DNA of 64,000 nt from Zygnema circumcarinatum SAG 698-1b (Eukaryota; Plantae; Zygnematophyceae): positions 1,364,001 through 1,428,000 of the forward strand of contig CM074820.1 of assembly GCA_037447605.1 (NCBI GenBank), written 5' to 3'. The translations under genes were made by a program, and so were the position numbers. This document shows positions 37,208 to 50,404 of the stretch, one piece after another (position 1 is the first letter of the stretch; every line of letters starts with the position of its first letter). The notes under the pieces are model-generated. The model did no database searches and was not told the origin of the DNA. It was given only the letters and a program-made list of their open reading frames with translations.

Positions 37208-40200
37208 TGATGGGAAACAACCAGATGAGGCGCGCCCTGTCTGCACGGATGAGGGCAACAGCGCAGGCGGAGGAGGATGCGGACCTGGACGGGAGTGATC
37301 GGGATGGAGGGATGAGGGAGGGAATACGAGAAGAGGCCATGGAGGCGGCTACCGTTGTTGATGCGAAGGAGGCAGACAACGGGGCTACGCAGCCGCAGGG
37401 GTAGGTTCCGGGCCATGTGTGTGCTAAACAGTCTTGCAGACGTGGTTGGGAGGAGCTCTTGCAGGGACGAGGGAGGCTGTGGGATTTTCTGAGTGTGGTC
37501 TTAGAAATGTTGGTGCTGTTTTGCGTGACCCGTGTGGCAGGGAGCCCTCTAAGTCGACGGATTTGGGCATGGCGCCGAGGGATGTGCTGGAAAGTGGCAT
37601 TGATGAGCTTGCAGTCGTGCAAGGTGAGAATTGTTTTTTCCTTAGACTTGAAGTGAGTCATCTTGAGGACGCGCATTACTGTTGGATTAACTGAATAGTA
37701 CGGTGGAAGGGCTTTAATGGATTAATGGCAGGGGCAGGAAAGAATGGAATGCTGGCGAGAGAGGTTACGACAGTGCAGAGCTGTATTCTGACAAAGGGGA
37801 ACTAGGGCCATGCAGACCTCTATCACCGCGTGAAGACGAGCAAAATTCACACAGACAACTACCTAAGCTTGTGCGGATTCATTCTCTTGACCAGTCTGTA
37901 CCTCGCCATCATTTATCTCCAGGCAGACTCCTTCCGCACTTTTCAGGTTTCATCTGCGCACTTGGGACTGCTGCCAGATGTAAGTCGCCGCAACGCTGCC
38001 ACCTGCTATGCGAAAGCGCATTAACCTTATCTCCTCTGCTCTTATTTTGGAAGAGCTCACGGCAAAACAAAAGCTAATTGTCGTGCGTTGCGAGCTTTAG
38101 GCTGTTGTTCCGGTTAGGCTGTGAGTGTAGGCTGGTTCACGGCACACCTCACACAAAATTTTGTATACGGGGGACATGAGAGTACGTGGTTGATTAGCGG
38201 AGAGGGGCGAGTGGCTGAGAGCCCTTTTTTCTGAACAAAGGACAAACTTCTCTGGGGAATGGCAGGGCGTAGATGGCACCGGAGGTTTTGTGTTCAGCAC
38301 TACCAATGACTTATATGGCTGGCTCAATGACAGCATCATTCAGGTACGTCTAATTTCACCTCCTGCCTTGTCCATGCAATGATGTTACAGTAAGGAGAAT
38401 TAGGTCTGTACAGGAGCTAACTCAGTGAGTGGGTGGAGAGGGGAAGCAGGTGGTTTGGCAGAATTCGCAGTGCGGCAATGGACTATGTGAAAGGCCGGAC
38501 GAGTACATGTCCTTTGGTCGGTTTGGCTGCCGCACCGACTGCGGCCAAAACCCTAACGTTTCGCAGATTGTTGTTACCATCAAGACTGATTTCGCCTCTG
38601 AAGAAGCCATGACTGCAGCTTCTTGGAACCTGCAGATGATAGACCCTGCTCCTCTCCTTTGGTGAGAAGTTGAACTTATATAATGACCTCATTCTTATTC
38701 CCTGCTTTCTATTCTCTTCGAAGTCTACGCAAAACCCTCATTCTCGCTGACGAATGCTAGAGGACGGTCTTGGCAGGTATGAAGAGAACGTGCAGTTTAA
38801 TAAACTGATCTCAGTTACGACTGTGTCATTGAACATCCCTGATGGAAATTGGACTCTTTTAGTAGAGGCTCCCCTTGGGGGGGTTACTGGCTCGATCACC
38901 TATAATGACACAAGCAATTCAGAATTGGTGATGGGCGACTCGCTCGTGTTCTGGGAGAAGTGTGCAGCCAACCGCTCTGATACTCCTTTCGGAATCTGCA
39001 GACAGGTGGGCTGTCCAGATTCTCCATTTTTTGTCTGGTAAAAAATTCTGAATGCAGCTCATTTTCCCTGGTTGGAATACTATGGTTCCTTCAAGCCCCG
39101 TTTGATTCTTTTTCACATGAAGAAGGCAAGCTCTGAATTATGTAGTACGGGCTTTCCCCTCCTTCCCTCCCCCAGACAGCAGGAAGCATTGCGCTATGTG
39201 CGAAGGAATTCTGCACCGCCAATAATGCGAGTCTGAATACTCTGGAGGGCTTGTCCTCAGTGTTTGTTGACTTAGCGGGAAAGTGTGACGCTGACTTCAA
39301 CTCTTTGGATGCATTCATCGGCTTGCCCTGCACGGAGGTGAGTGCAGAGAACCCTCGGCCTCATAAGGAAATGTTGCTGACCTGCAAGGCAAGGAACATA
39401 ATTTCCTAATGATTCTAATGATTGAGACCAGCCCTTGTTTCTCTATTCCTGGTACGTCAAATCCTCTTCTTTTCTACGTCATTTATTGACCTTGCGATGT
39501 GACAAACTCATTGCAGGTTACAAACCTTTTGACTTACAACAATACTGGAGATTTCGCCAGCATACAATGCACTAGTAAGCAGCCTTCTACCTTCCATGCA
39601 CCTAACCTCCCTTTCCATGCCCAAATACTCAACCCCACTACTAACACGTGTCATCCTCCTTCGAGCAGTTCCGTCCCAGCGCCGCCTTCTTCAGGAAAGC
39701 AGTAGTTCTATGTGGACAGTTCCAACATCTTCCCCGAATTCGCATCGCAGGATGATGCTGGGCGATAGTGTGAACTCTCCCTCTGCATGTGGGTCCCCTC
39801 GCCCATCATGCTAAGCTTCAACATCAGCCTGCTATCGCATCCATGCAAAATGTCAAAATCAAACTCAATGTTTTGCATTTTCTATCTTCGGTCTGCTGCA
39901 GATAGCAGCATATTGTGGAGCTCCCTTGGCCCAAGCGACACAACTCGGTTGTCGTTTCTGCAGATTGCTACACAGAGAGCGCTATTTTCATGGGTGAAAG
40001 ATTCGTGCCTCGCTTCGAATCCCGTGCCAGTAAATACAAACAGTGTCCTCCGCATGTCCTCCTTCTTCTGCACCTTCTTTGGAGGGCCGGTCACTCTCAG
40101 TGGCTGTGCTTACACTAACACCTCAGGGGAGATTTTGTACAGCGATCAGGACCTTGCCTCGGAGATGAAGAGAATTCATGCCAGGTATGTGATTTCCTCT

Positions 40201-40832
40201 AAAGTCTCATGATTTGTGGAAGCATGAAATCACAGAAGTATTAGAACTCTTGCAGGACTAGTCGCTTTGGTGGGTAGAGGCATGGATTAAAGAATGGGAT
40301 CTTTTCGGGCGTAGTAGACAAAATCCTGCATTCGTGATATCGAACTGGGGTTGAATTTCATTTTCTTGAAGTGAGTGTACGATATCAGCTCGTCTTTAAG
40401 ATGCATACAAATACTTGCTCGTTGAGAATGAATATTGTGTCGGGAAGAAGTGTTCGCGGGTGTTTCATGTGTTTCATGCGTTGTAGTGCGTAATATCTAT
40501 TTTTCTCATTGATGAGGTAGGCGGGTTTGAGCTTTAAACAGGCTTCGATTAGTTCATCGTCTGTGTCAATACAAATTTAATATTTGTTTTCCAGAACTCA
40601 TTATTTTGGCAATTTCCTCGTTCTGCAGGCTAAACGTTACTGCTAGCCAGGAGAGGAAGTTCGTGGACATCTTCATGTGGGCCCTAATGTCAGTTGTTGA
40701 TCTAACCGACGCGACTCAAGCAAGCTTCCGGGAGAGGATGCATCAGCTGGATACGCAGATTGTGAACGAGGATTACCAAGGCTGCTCATATGGTGGGAAC
40801 TCAGTACTAACTGCTGTGCACTATAGAGGTTT

Positions 40833-40870
<38 letters not shown>

Positions 40871-43800
40871 CGAGAGAGAGAGAGAGGGAGAGGGACCTTA
40901 CAGGGATTGCCGTGGCTGCTACACGGTGCATCTCATACCTTCTGTGCAGCCAAAGGGTTCGAGGGAGAGGGCTAGAAAGAAAGGGGTCTTACTGGAATCT
41001 CACTGCTGTGAATTTCAAGTGACTGAGAAAAAAAGTAATAATGTGAGATAGGCAGATAGAGTGGGGGAGACGGAAAATGAATACAGGGGTGAAGGATATA
41101 AAGTTGTGATTTGCCAGCTCAAGCGTTTGACGTTTTCCGCTGGGCGTTGCTCTCTGCGTGTCCCTCCCCCTCCCCCCGCCTCCCCATTCTTCATGCAGTC
41201 GCTCAAGTGCTACCATGGATACGAGGGCGTGATTACACCACACAAATCTCTGTTGGGGAAAGCATCACCTGGGTGTGGGAGGATGACCTGCCCCACTCCC
41301 TCAGAGGTGAACCCCCCATCTTTTCTATCTCTCCCTCCTTCTGTCTTTCGTCCTCCCTCTCGCTCCCTTTCTCCCTCGCTCTCTCCAGCTTCCTCTCCCC
41401 CGATCTCAGACTCCACCCCTCCCTTCCCCCTCCTCCCCCTCCACCGGCCCCCGTCCCCCCTCCCCCCAACCCCCTCCCACCCCCCCCCCTCTCCTCTCCC
41501 CTCTCCCCCTTCTGCCCACTCCCTTCCGCCCTCCCCCCTTTCCCTCCCCCCTCCCCAAATTCCCTCCCCCTCCGCCCTTCCCCCTCCACCTCCCCCTTCC
41601 CATCCCTCCCCTCCCTCCCCCCGTCCCCTCTCGCTTTCTCCCCCTCTCTCTCTCGTTTGCCAGCGATTGGGTATCCATACTCTGCCAGAATCTTTATATG
41701 CTACTGAGGAGAATTCTGTTGGCATGGCAGAGGAAGGTCTGGGTGACAATCCAGTGGACATATTTGATGGAATGGGGTCGGGGCGGTTTGTGGTTTCACG
41801 AAACACAATTTGCAACAAGGACAATATGGGAGTGGCGAATATTTCCCTCGATCCCATGCCTTGTGCCCTAGGTATGAGGACTTTGGCTTCTCTCTTCTCC
41901 CTTTATCTCTCGCCGTTTGCTGTGCGTTGGACACTCCCATTCTCACATTGCTTCGGTCTCTTCCAGTTGACCCGAAGGCGACCGTGAACCTGTTCACTTA
42001 CACCAAATACTTTGCCGAACCGGGAAATTACAGCTATGCGGACAGTTATGATAGCTCCTCCAGAGGCGTAGTCGTCGTAACAGAAAGTATGACTGCAATT
42101 AATGACGGTGGGTCCCTGAAATCCCAATCTTTGAAATCTCCCATTTTTTTTCTCAAGCAAATCATGCTTAATGTTATTTCTCACACAATTTCATCACATT
42201 GTTCTGTGAACTGCTGCAGAATTAAGCATTGGCAGTCTTGCTACCACCTGTTCTCCCGGCTGTACCTTGGGAATGCTCCGTAATGGAAAATGTAACAGCC
42301 TGTGTAACACTCTCGAATGCGCATTCGATGGGGGAGACTGCTCTTGCTCACCCAATGAGTTTGGGATTGAACTCTGCGATTGTCCAGAAGGGCAGACAAT
42401 GGCCACTGATGGAAGTAAGTTCCCTCAGTCTCGACAAGGGGAAGGGAGAACTTGAACTTATGATTTAACGTGAGGTTTGGCAGGGTTTGTACTTGAGAGA
42501 GGAGGGTTGACAGAGGGGGAGAGTGTTGTGTGTGCAGCCTGTTGCTCTTCCTACGGGGTGGGCTCGGGCCTCTCCTTTCCCTTCTATCTTTCCTTGCCGG
42601 GAACGAATGTGTCGGAAAGGAACGCAAACTTCCTTCCTCAGACAGGGCCGCCTCTCTTCCGCTACATCTCCGTCGCCAACAGGTGGGCCCCTGTTCGAAT
42701 TTCATCTGCATTCTATGAATTATCGTTATCATTATAGTCGTCATCCAGGTTCTATCTATCTGCATCTTGTCAATCTTCGTTGTTGGCAACATCGAACTCC
42801 ACCTAGCAATAGTCAATTAAGTCAATTCTTAATGCTGAATGTTGGAGTGATGGAGTGTTAGAGTGTGATAGCTAAGCATTACGGATATGCTTACGTGTTG
42901 TCTCTGGTAACTAGAGTCTGAGACATGCATTGGGAGGGTGTGATTGGAATGACGCACATGCAGAGTGTTGGTGGGTATGTCTCTGAGGCAGAAGAGATGG
43001 GCAAGCGGTGCCTGCAAGGAGGGCAGGTGGGTGCAACTCAAAATCTTCAAAAGCTAGATAAACCCTAAAGACCCATTTGCTTGATTACTGGGTGTATGCT
43101 TCATTTTATGGATATTTGCAGCCATAGCTGGTGGGGCTCCCCTGTTCCCTCTGAAGGCAATTGCAGCCATGGGGGGGGAGCAGGTTTACTGAACTTTACC
43201 CCAACTGCACACATGGTAGCTCTACCGCAACCTACGGTGTCAATCCGGTAAGGCGATGTTAAGGTGGTAACCCTTCAAGCTTTGTTTTTTTGCTGCAGCT
43301 ACCTAGCATAGGTGCAGTCTCTCTGCAAGAGTGAGAGAGGGAGAAGGATGTGGGTGTTACAGCTGCATGTGTGGGAGGGGGAGCTGCAACAGGTGTTCCT
43401 TCCTACTTCAGTTCTGTACAATGCGGAGTATTCTGGGGATGAGTCGCTTTACTACAATGGGAACTACAGTTTGGGGACCGCCACTCAGCTAAACTCACAG
43501 GGAATACCTTACGGATTCGACGCGTTCACCTATGGGGTGAGTAGAAAGAAAAAAAGACCAGATATTGCTGCATTCATGCATTGGCGTATGTTGTTTAAAA
43601 TGTGAACTTCTGCCTGAGCAGGGATCAAGCCCGACATTTCACTATCTGTTTGACATCAACTACAACAACGAGGAAGCGACGGAATCACTGCAGTACCTTA
43701 TTGATGGTTTCTTCATAGATAACGCCACCAAAGAGCTCACGGTGGAGCTGATTACATATAATGGTGAGAGGGCTTGTAGGCTGTTGAGGGGTGTTCAGAG

Positions 43801-46800
43801 TCACAAAAAACAGAGGCAGAGGGAGAGGGGAAAGGGGAAAGGGGAGATGGGAGAGGGGAGAGGGGAGAGGGGAGAGGGGGAGTTTAGGAAGGTGTATTCA
43901 GAAAGGAGAGGAAGGTTGGTTAGTAAGGGAATGGGTATGGAAGAGGAATGAAAGATAGTAGAGACATACGGTCTTTTGACGAATCAAGGTGAAGGAATAA
44001 GTGAGAAAAGGGATATTTTACACTAAATGATGAAGCTGGCACGGATGTATGAAGTAATGTTAGCGCGAGCCCTCTCCATTGCAGGTATTGCGCACTTCTT
44101 CACTCTCTTCAAAGTTCAGCTCACGTTTCAGATAGGCGGCAAAATTGCACTATCCTACGATGTGCAGTCCATTACTGCTGAGCCATATCGGAGACCCTTA
44201 GATTGGTTCCGCTTCGTCCTCGAAATCATCTTCCTTGTTTGCATCATTTGGAATGTGAGATGAGCCGTTTTGTCCCCTAAACTCTCATTGCTGCAAGTTT
44301 CTAACAGGAATTGGGCATCCGCTATGATCCATGTATGAAGTGTACATGCTTACAATGCGATTCCTACTGAATGGCTCTCTGTGCAGATAATGGAGGAGCT
44401 GAGGGAGATGATCACTTGCTATCGTGTGTATGGTTCGATTTTGTCACACTTCGCTCAGCTGTGGAATGTTTTGGACTTCATCTCTTTATCTATTATGGTG
44501 GCAGCGATTGCTCTGTGGTGAGATTAAGGCAGCCATTTTCACTGTAGCAGGAGCACTGTAGGCTGCATCCTGTCTTTAGGGTTTTGATGATTATAAAAAT
44601 CATTCTCTCTATATTCTTTATAGGTTTTAGGGTCTTTATCCCTCGGTGTGATTTGGGATGCAGGATCAACTACGTCATCACGGAAGCAAATCCGTTCGAC
44701 ATAGATCTTCGATATGAAATATATGACATTGTTAGCTGGACAAAGCGGAAACTATATTGGGACATTGTGCCACCGGGGGTTGGGTTCTCTGACGCGATGG
44801 AAGCCTTCAACCGGATTGAGAAAATAGTTTACTTCCGCACATACTATGTTGCCCTGCAGGGAATCAAGTGAGTGGTAGCAAAAGTGAGGGGGTTGCTGGA
44901 GGGATCTCACCACAGAAAAGACATTATTTTCTTTGAGTTATGTCAGTCTGTAACACCTCCCCTTCTCTCTCTACCTCTTGCTCTCTCCCTCTCTTCCTCT
45001 CCCGCCCACTTTTCTCTCCTCTCCCTCTCCCTCTACCCCCCTCCCTCACTCTCCCCCTCTCCCCTCCTCTCTCTCTTTCTCCCTCGGCCCCTCCCCTTTC
45101 CCCCCTCGCCCTCTCCCCTTCGCTCTCTCTTTCTCCCTCGCCCCCTCCCCACACCTCGCCCTCTCCCCCTCTCTCTCGTCACCCCTCCCCCCCCGCACCC
45201 TCTCCCCCTCTCTCTCATCCCCCCTCCCCCATACTCTCTCCCTTACCCTCCCCTCCCCTCCCCTCGCCCTCCTCCTCCCCCTCTCTCTCCCCCCGCTCCT
45301 TCTCTCTCACTCTTTTACCCTCCCTCCCTCACCCTCCCTCCCTCACCCTCCCTCCCTCNNNNNNNNNNGGATGTATGAAGTAATGTTAGCGCGAGCCCTC
45401 TCCATTGCAGGTATTGCGCACTTCTTCACTCTCTTCAAAGTTCAGCTCACGTTTCAGATAGGCGGCAAAATTGCACTATCCTACGATGTGCAGTCCATTA
45501 CTGCTGAGCCATATCGGAGACCCTTAGATTGGTTCCGCTTCGTCCTCGAAATCATCTTCCTTGTTTGCATCATTTGGAATGTGAGATGAGCCGTTTTGTC
45601 CCCTAAACTCTCATTGCTGCAAGTTTCTAACAGGAATTGGGCATCCGCTATGATCCATGTATGAAGTGTACATGCTTACAATGCGATTCCTACTGAATGG
45701 CTCTCTGTGCAGATAATGGAGGAGCTGAGGGAGATGATCACTTGCTATCGTGTGTATGGTTCGATTTTGTCACACTTCGCTCAGCTGTGGAATGTTTTGG
45801 ACTTCATCTCTTTATCTATTATGGTGGCAGCGATTGCTCTGTGGTGAGATTAAGGCAGCCATTTTCACTGTAGCAGGAGCACTGTAGGCTGCATCCTGTC
45901 TTTAGGGTTTTGATGATTATAAAAATCATTCTCTCTATATTCTTTATAGGTTTTAGGGTCTTTATCCCTCGGTGTGATTTGGGATGCAGGATCAACTACG
46001 TCATCACGGAAGCAAATCCGTTCGACATAGATCTTCGATATGAAATATATGACATTGTTAGCTGGACAAAGCGGAAACTATATTGGGACATTGTGCCACC
46101 GGGGGTTGGGTTCTCTGACGCGATGGAAGCCTTCAACCGGATTGAGAAAATAGTTTACTTCCGCACATACTATGTTGCCCTGCAGGGAATCAAGTGAGTG
46201 GTAGCAAAAGTGAGGGGGTTGCTGGAGGGATCTCACCACAGAAAAGACATTATTTTCTTTGAGTTATGTCAGTCTGTAACACCTCCCCTTCTCTCTCTAC
46301 CTCTTGCTCTCTCCCTCTCTTCCTCTCCCGCCCACTTTCTCTCCTCTCCCTCTCCCTCTACCCCCCTCCCTCACTCTCCCCCTCTCCCCTCCTCTCTCTC
46401 TTTCTCCCTCGGCCCCTCCCCTTTCCCCCCTCGCCCTCTCCCCTTCGCTCTCTCTTTCTCCCTCGCCCCCTCCCCACACCTCGCCCTCTCCCCCTCTCTN
46501 NNNNNNNNNCACCCTCCCTCCCGCACCCTCCCTCCCTCACCCTCCCTCCCTCACCCTCCCTCCCTCACCCTTCCTCCCTCACCCTCCCTCCCGCACCCTC
46601 CCTCCCTCACCCTCCCTCTCCTCTTATCTATTCTCCGCAGTGTCCTCCTGATGGTGCTACGCATTCTGAAGTTGATGGACTTCCAACCGCGCATGGGCAC
46701 CATCACGCGCACACTTGCGGCAGCAACGGATGACCTCCTGCATTTCTTCATCCTTTTCTTCATCGTCTTCTTCGGATTCGCTATGTATGGCCATCTCGTG

Positions 46801-48322
46801 TTTGGACGGACCATAAAGGAGGTGAGCACCATCGTTTTGAAGGATCAGCCTAGAAAAAACATTTGCATGCTGGAGAAGGTTGTGGTCTCGAGGAAGGACG
46901 TAAGATTTTAAACATGTTTGGAGGTTTGAAAAGGGGTTGTTCTCTGTGAGAGAATCGAGTTGGTTTAGAAGGATTGTCTCCAGCATAAGAATGTGAATTG
47001 CTGCTTTTTTCAATTGGTGACTTTGGGGGGGGGGGACTGCTCCTATCCAGTTCCGATCACTGGCTATCTCACTCAACACGTGCTTCAACGCTCTCTTGGG
47101 AGATGACTCGGTGAATGCATTCCTGGTCGAGCTGAAAGGCTGGGAGCTTTTGGCAGCCATGCTCTTCTGGTGGTCATTCATCATCCTCATGGTGTTCATT
47201 ATATTCAACCTCTTGATTGGTATCATAGTCGACGCATTCGTCAAGGTTCGGGTAAGTGCGCTTTTTATGGCCCTTTTCTCCCTTAGTAATCAAATGCATG
47301 ACTGCATTCATCCTGATCTCCAAATTGTCCTTCTCCTGCAGGAGGAAGTTGGCGATGCTCCCTCTATGCCAGCAGAGGTGCTTCATATTATCCGCACAAT
47401 GAGTGCAAGGATGTTTTCACCTCTGCGAACTGATCGTCAAATTTTGAAGCAGCTGCGAGCTCTGGGGGCAGACAAAGGCCTGGATATGGCGAAGGTAGGA
47501 GAATTTTTCTTTTTGCAAATGGGTGGTGGGACTATGAACTGTGCAGAAACACCAATGTGTGGGTGAATTGAATGAAATGTGTATGGCGATGGGGCTGGGA
47601 ATGACAGAATGGAGAGAAATATGGTGTTGATCCAAGCCTGAAGAAAACCACGAAGTTGAGCAGGGAACAACTGCGCAACGATCTTGTCCTGAAGGTGGAA
47701 GACCAAGAGATTGATGGGCCTACTTTGGGTGCCCTTTTGGAACGTGCAAGCTTACGTCAGGTACAGTATGCAGCCATTTCCTTTTGGAAGGAGATTTGTT
47801 ATATCGGTTTGTAGTATAGAGGGTTTGGAGTCTCTCTGAAGGGCTCGGCCCCTCCCCTGCTAATGAGTGTGAATGTTACCTGTTGACAGGCGGAGTCTGA
47901 GTACAGATTACGGAGAAGAGTGGATCCTAAGATGGTGGCCAATATAATATTCGACCAGTACAGGCAGGAGCCGGCGGAGGAAGACGAGGAGCCAATTGAG
48001 AGAGTTTCTAGCGAATCCTTAATTCTTAATGAAATGGAGTCGATGAAGAAGGATATGGCAGAGCTGAAGGTGAGTGGCAATCTTGGCGAAGCAACACTGG
48101 GCAGTCCATGCATGTGTATATGTATGTATGGTCTATGTACGTTTATATGTTTACATATGTATGTGCGTATGTGCATGTATGTGTAAATGTGTATGTGTAT
48201 ATATTTGTATATGTATGTGAATGTAAATAAATGTGTGAAGCTTATGTCGGCGTTTTGTTGTATGTGGCATGCAGGAACTCGTAAGGAGTTTGGTAGGAAC
48301 GGGGGGGACTCGGCAGCAATAG
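37208..48322 (+). CDS. PKD2: Polycystin-2-like (TRPP) cation channel with a large Cys-rich extracellular loop containing an LNR repeat, many exons
   Basis: S1: DLYHRVKTSKIHTDNYLSLCGFILLTSLYLAIIYLQ. Loop motif CGNGLCERPDEYMSFGRFGCRTDCG, as recalled for green-algal PKD2. LNR at 42249-42341. S2-S3: WFRFVLEIIFL and QLWNVLDFISL. S4-S6: LRILKLMDFQPRMGTITRTL...FGFAMYGHLVFG...FNLLIGIIVDAF. The last exon probably ends at TAG 48320-48322. Confidence 0.88.
44043..46499 (+). repeat. Near-identical direct duplication of about 1.13 kb (44043-~45174 and 45369-46499) containing three PKD2 exons; probably an assembly artefact
   Basis: The second copy starts exactly at the end of the 10-N gap (45359-45368) and ends at the next gap (46500-46509). 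The only difference I noticed is one T in a homopolymer. Confidence 0.9.
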
Positions 48323-50404
48323 TGGAATTGTGCCCTGCTTGCACGGGGGGGCAAGCAGGAGGGAGAGGCTCAGCCTCCTCTCGCCTATAGAGAGGAGCCT
48401 TTGCTTGTGGCAACCTAGAGCAGTTTTTTTATTAGGCGCCATTCAGTGACACCTGCGATGCATAAAAAGATGGGCAGTCATTCGCTCATCTGCACGTTAT
48501 TTATTGCATTCATTCTTTACTCAGCGGATGGGATGTGACATGACATGAGCGAATTGGCATCTACATTGAGATTGGAAATGGATATGTTCTTTTGGGGGGC
48601 TAGTTTGCGTATATGTCACGCATTTGAGGTTTTTCGAATGAGAGGTAGAGCCAAAAGAACATCTGTTAATTTTTGGCACGTTCATTTGGGAGAGTTTATG
48701 TATCGATGAATTAGTAAATCGTTGATTTGCGTTTTGGGTTTCAAATGCTTCACTTTTTTTTTTGAAGTTTTTGTTTCACTTCTTTTCACGGAGCGGTATG
48801 TGAGAAGCAGAATGATCCATATGGTTGAATATCTGAATTATTCGTTTGGAAAACTGTACCTTAAAAGCGTACCGCAGTTTTCCCTTAGTGTCTTTAAATG
48901 TTCAGAATTTCTTGGTACACCGGTCATATCCATTAGTCTGCGTGCAAATAATCTGGACTCAAAATTAGCCAGGCCAAATTACTTCATTTATTCCCCCGAA
49001 AAATATTTCGGAGCCCAGACTGCTTCATGTAACCCCGAAGATTGTCCGGAAATGTCAGTTTGAACTCCCGTGTCTTGTTTTTCCTCTGTTTAATCACTTG
49101 TGCCTCTCTTTGGATACAGTGAAGGGTTGTAAGGCGTCATAAAAATTTTTAACCTTTCACAGTGCGTCTCACTCGTAGTGCGAGGTGCAAGCGGCGTAGC
49201 GCTTGCAGGGCGGTCAGTGGCAATACTTGAGGCGGTTTTGGCGGCTCACTTTTGTGCCTATCGTGCGATAAAGGTTCACGTAGTGCTAGTTTCGTGCGAC
49301 TACGTACATACGGTGCGAGGCAATCCTAGGCAAATAAGTGTAGCTAGACTAATTTCTCACTTACAAAAATAGTCTGGTCTAGATGAAACCCCAACTCATC
49401 GACTTCATGGGTTCAAAAGCTGTTTGGCTTACACTAACACAGGTGACCATGCCAGAATTAAGATCTTCACAAATAGTCTGGCCCAGACAATTGGTGATGT
49501 TCGGTGTAGAGGTGAAATTAGTCTTGAGGGCTGAGATAGTAAATTTCTACATGTTCAAAAGTCCGCAATTTTTTTCTCACGATTAGCCATTCTCTTAGGA
49601 CAGGTCTAAAAAACGAATTGATTGAGCGACTGACCAGACGGTCTGTCCTTGATTACACCGGTCTGGTCACAGCTTCTCAACCAAATTGTGCCGTATAAAT
49701 TCACACATTTGAAAGTGTTTTTTTCCCCCAGTGAATTCAAAGCCCTTATGTTCCCATGCAACATCCTGACCTCATTCTTCATCTCCCGGTACATGTATTT
49801 TCATGTTCACGCAACCAGAGTGGAACACACTAATTGCTCCTTTGATGACATGTCAAACGCGCAAAGAGTTGTTTGCATGCACTTTACACGAGTGCGAAGA
49901 AAAGAGTATGCATGTATTGACCACTCAAACATGGAATGCTGGGAACCCAGCTATCCTACACCAATTAGGAATGCTGTAAATAGTGTGGCTTACACTGTTT
50001 CCACCGTACGTATCGTGGTCCACACTAATAGAGGCAATCTGAGTAAGGAAATCGTTCGCAATTAGGATGGCTCACACTGAATACGAACGACGCTGCAAAA
50101 TCTGACGGACTTTTCAGGGGCAAAAAAACAACTGCTGATAAGGGTGTCTTAAACGCTAGCTACAAATTCTTGCACAATCATCAAATTGCTTCTACTATTG
50201 CAAAAAGGTTAATTGCCAGGACCAAATCGAACATGTCAATTGAGCAATTGAACAAAACTGTCAAAAATAGCGACAAAAATTCCCTTTAGACCTTAGTCAG
50301 AAATGCCTAACCATTGCCTAAAGTCCTTCGTCACAACAGGGCCCAAATTCCTCCCCTGACCTTTTGGGAAAAATAAAAATTATAAAAAATGCTGAGCTGC
50401 CCGC

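Noticed and set aside
49300-49680. Short inverted and direct repeats (AGTCTGG, TGACCAGAC/GTCTGGTCA) suggesting a MITE
   Set aside because: No terminal inverted repeat pair with a target-site duplication was found.
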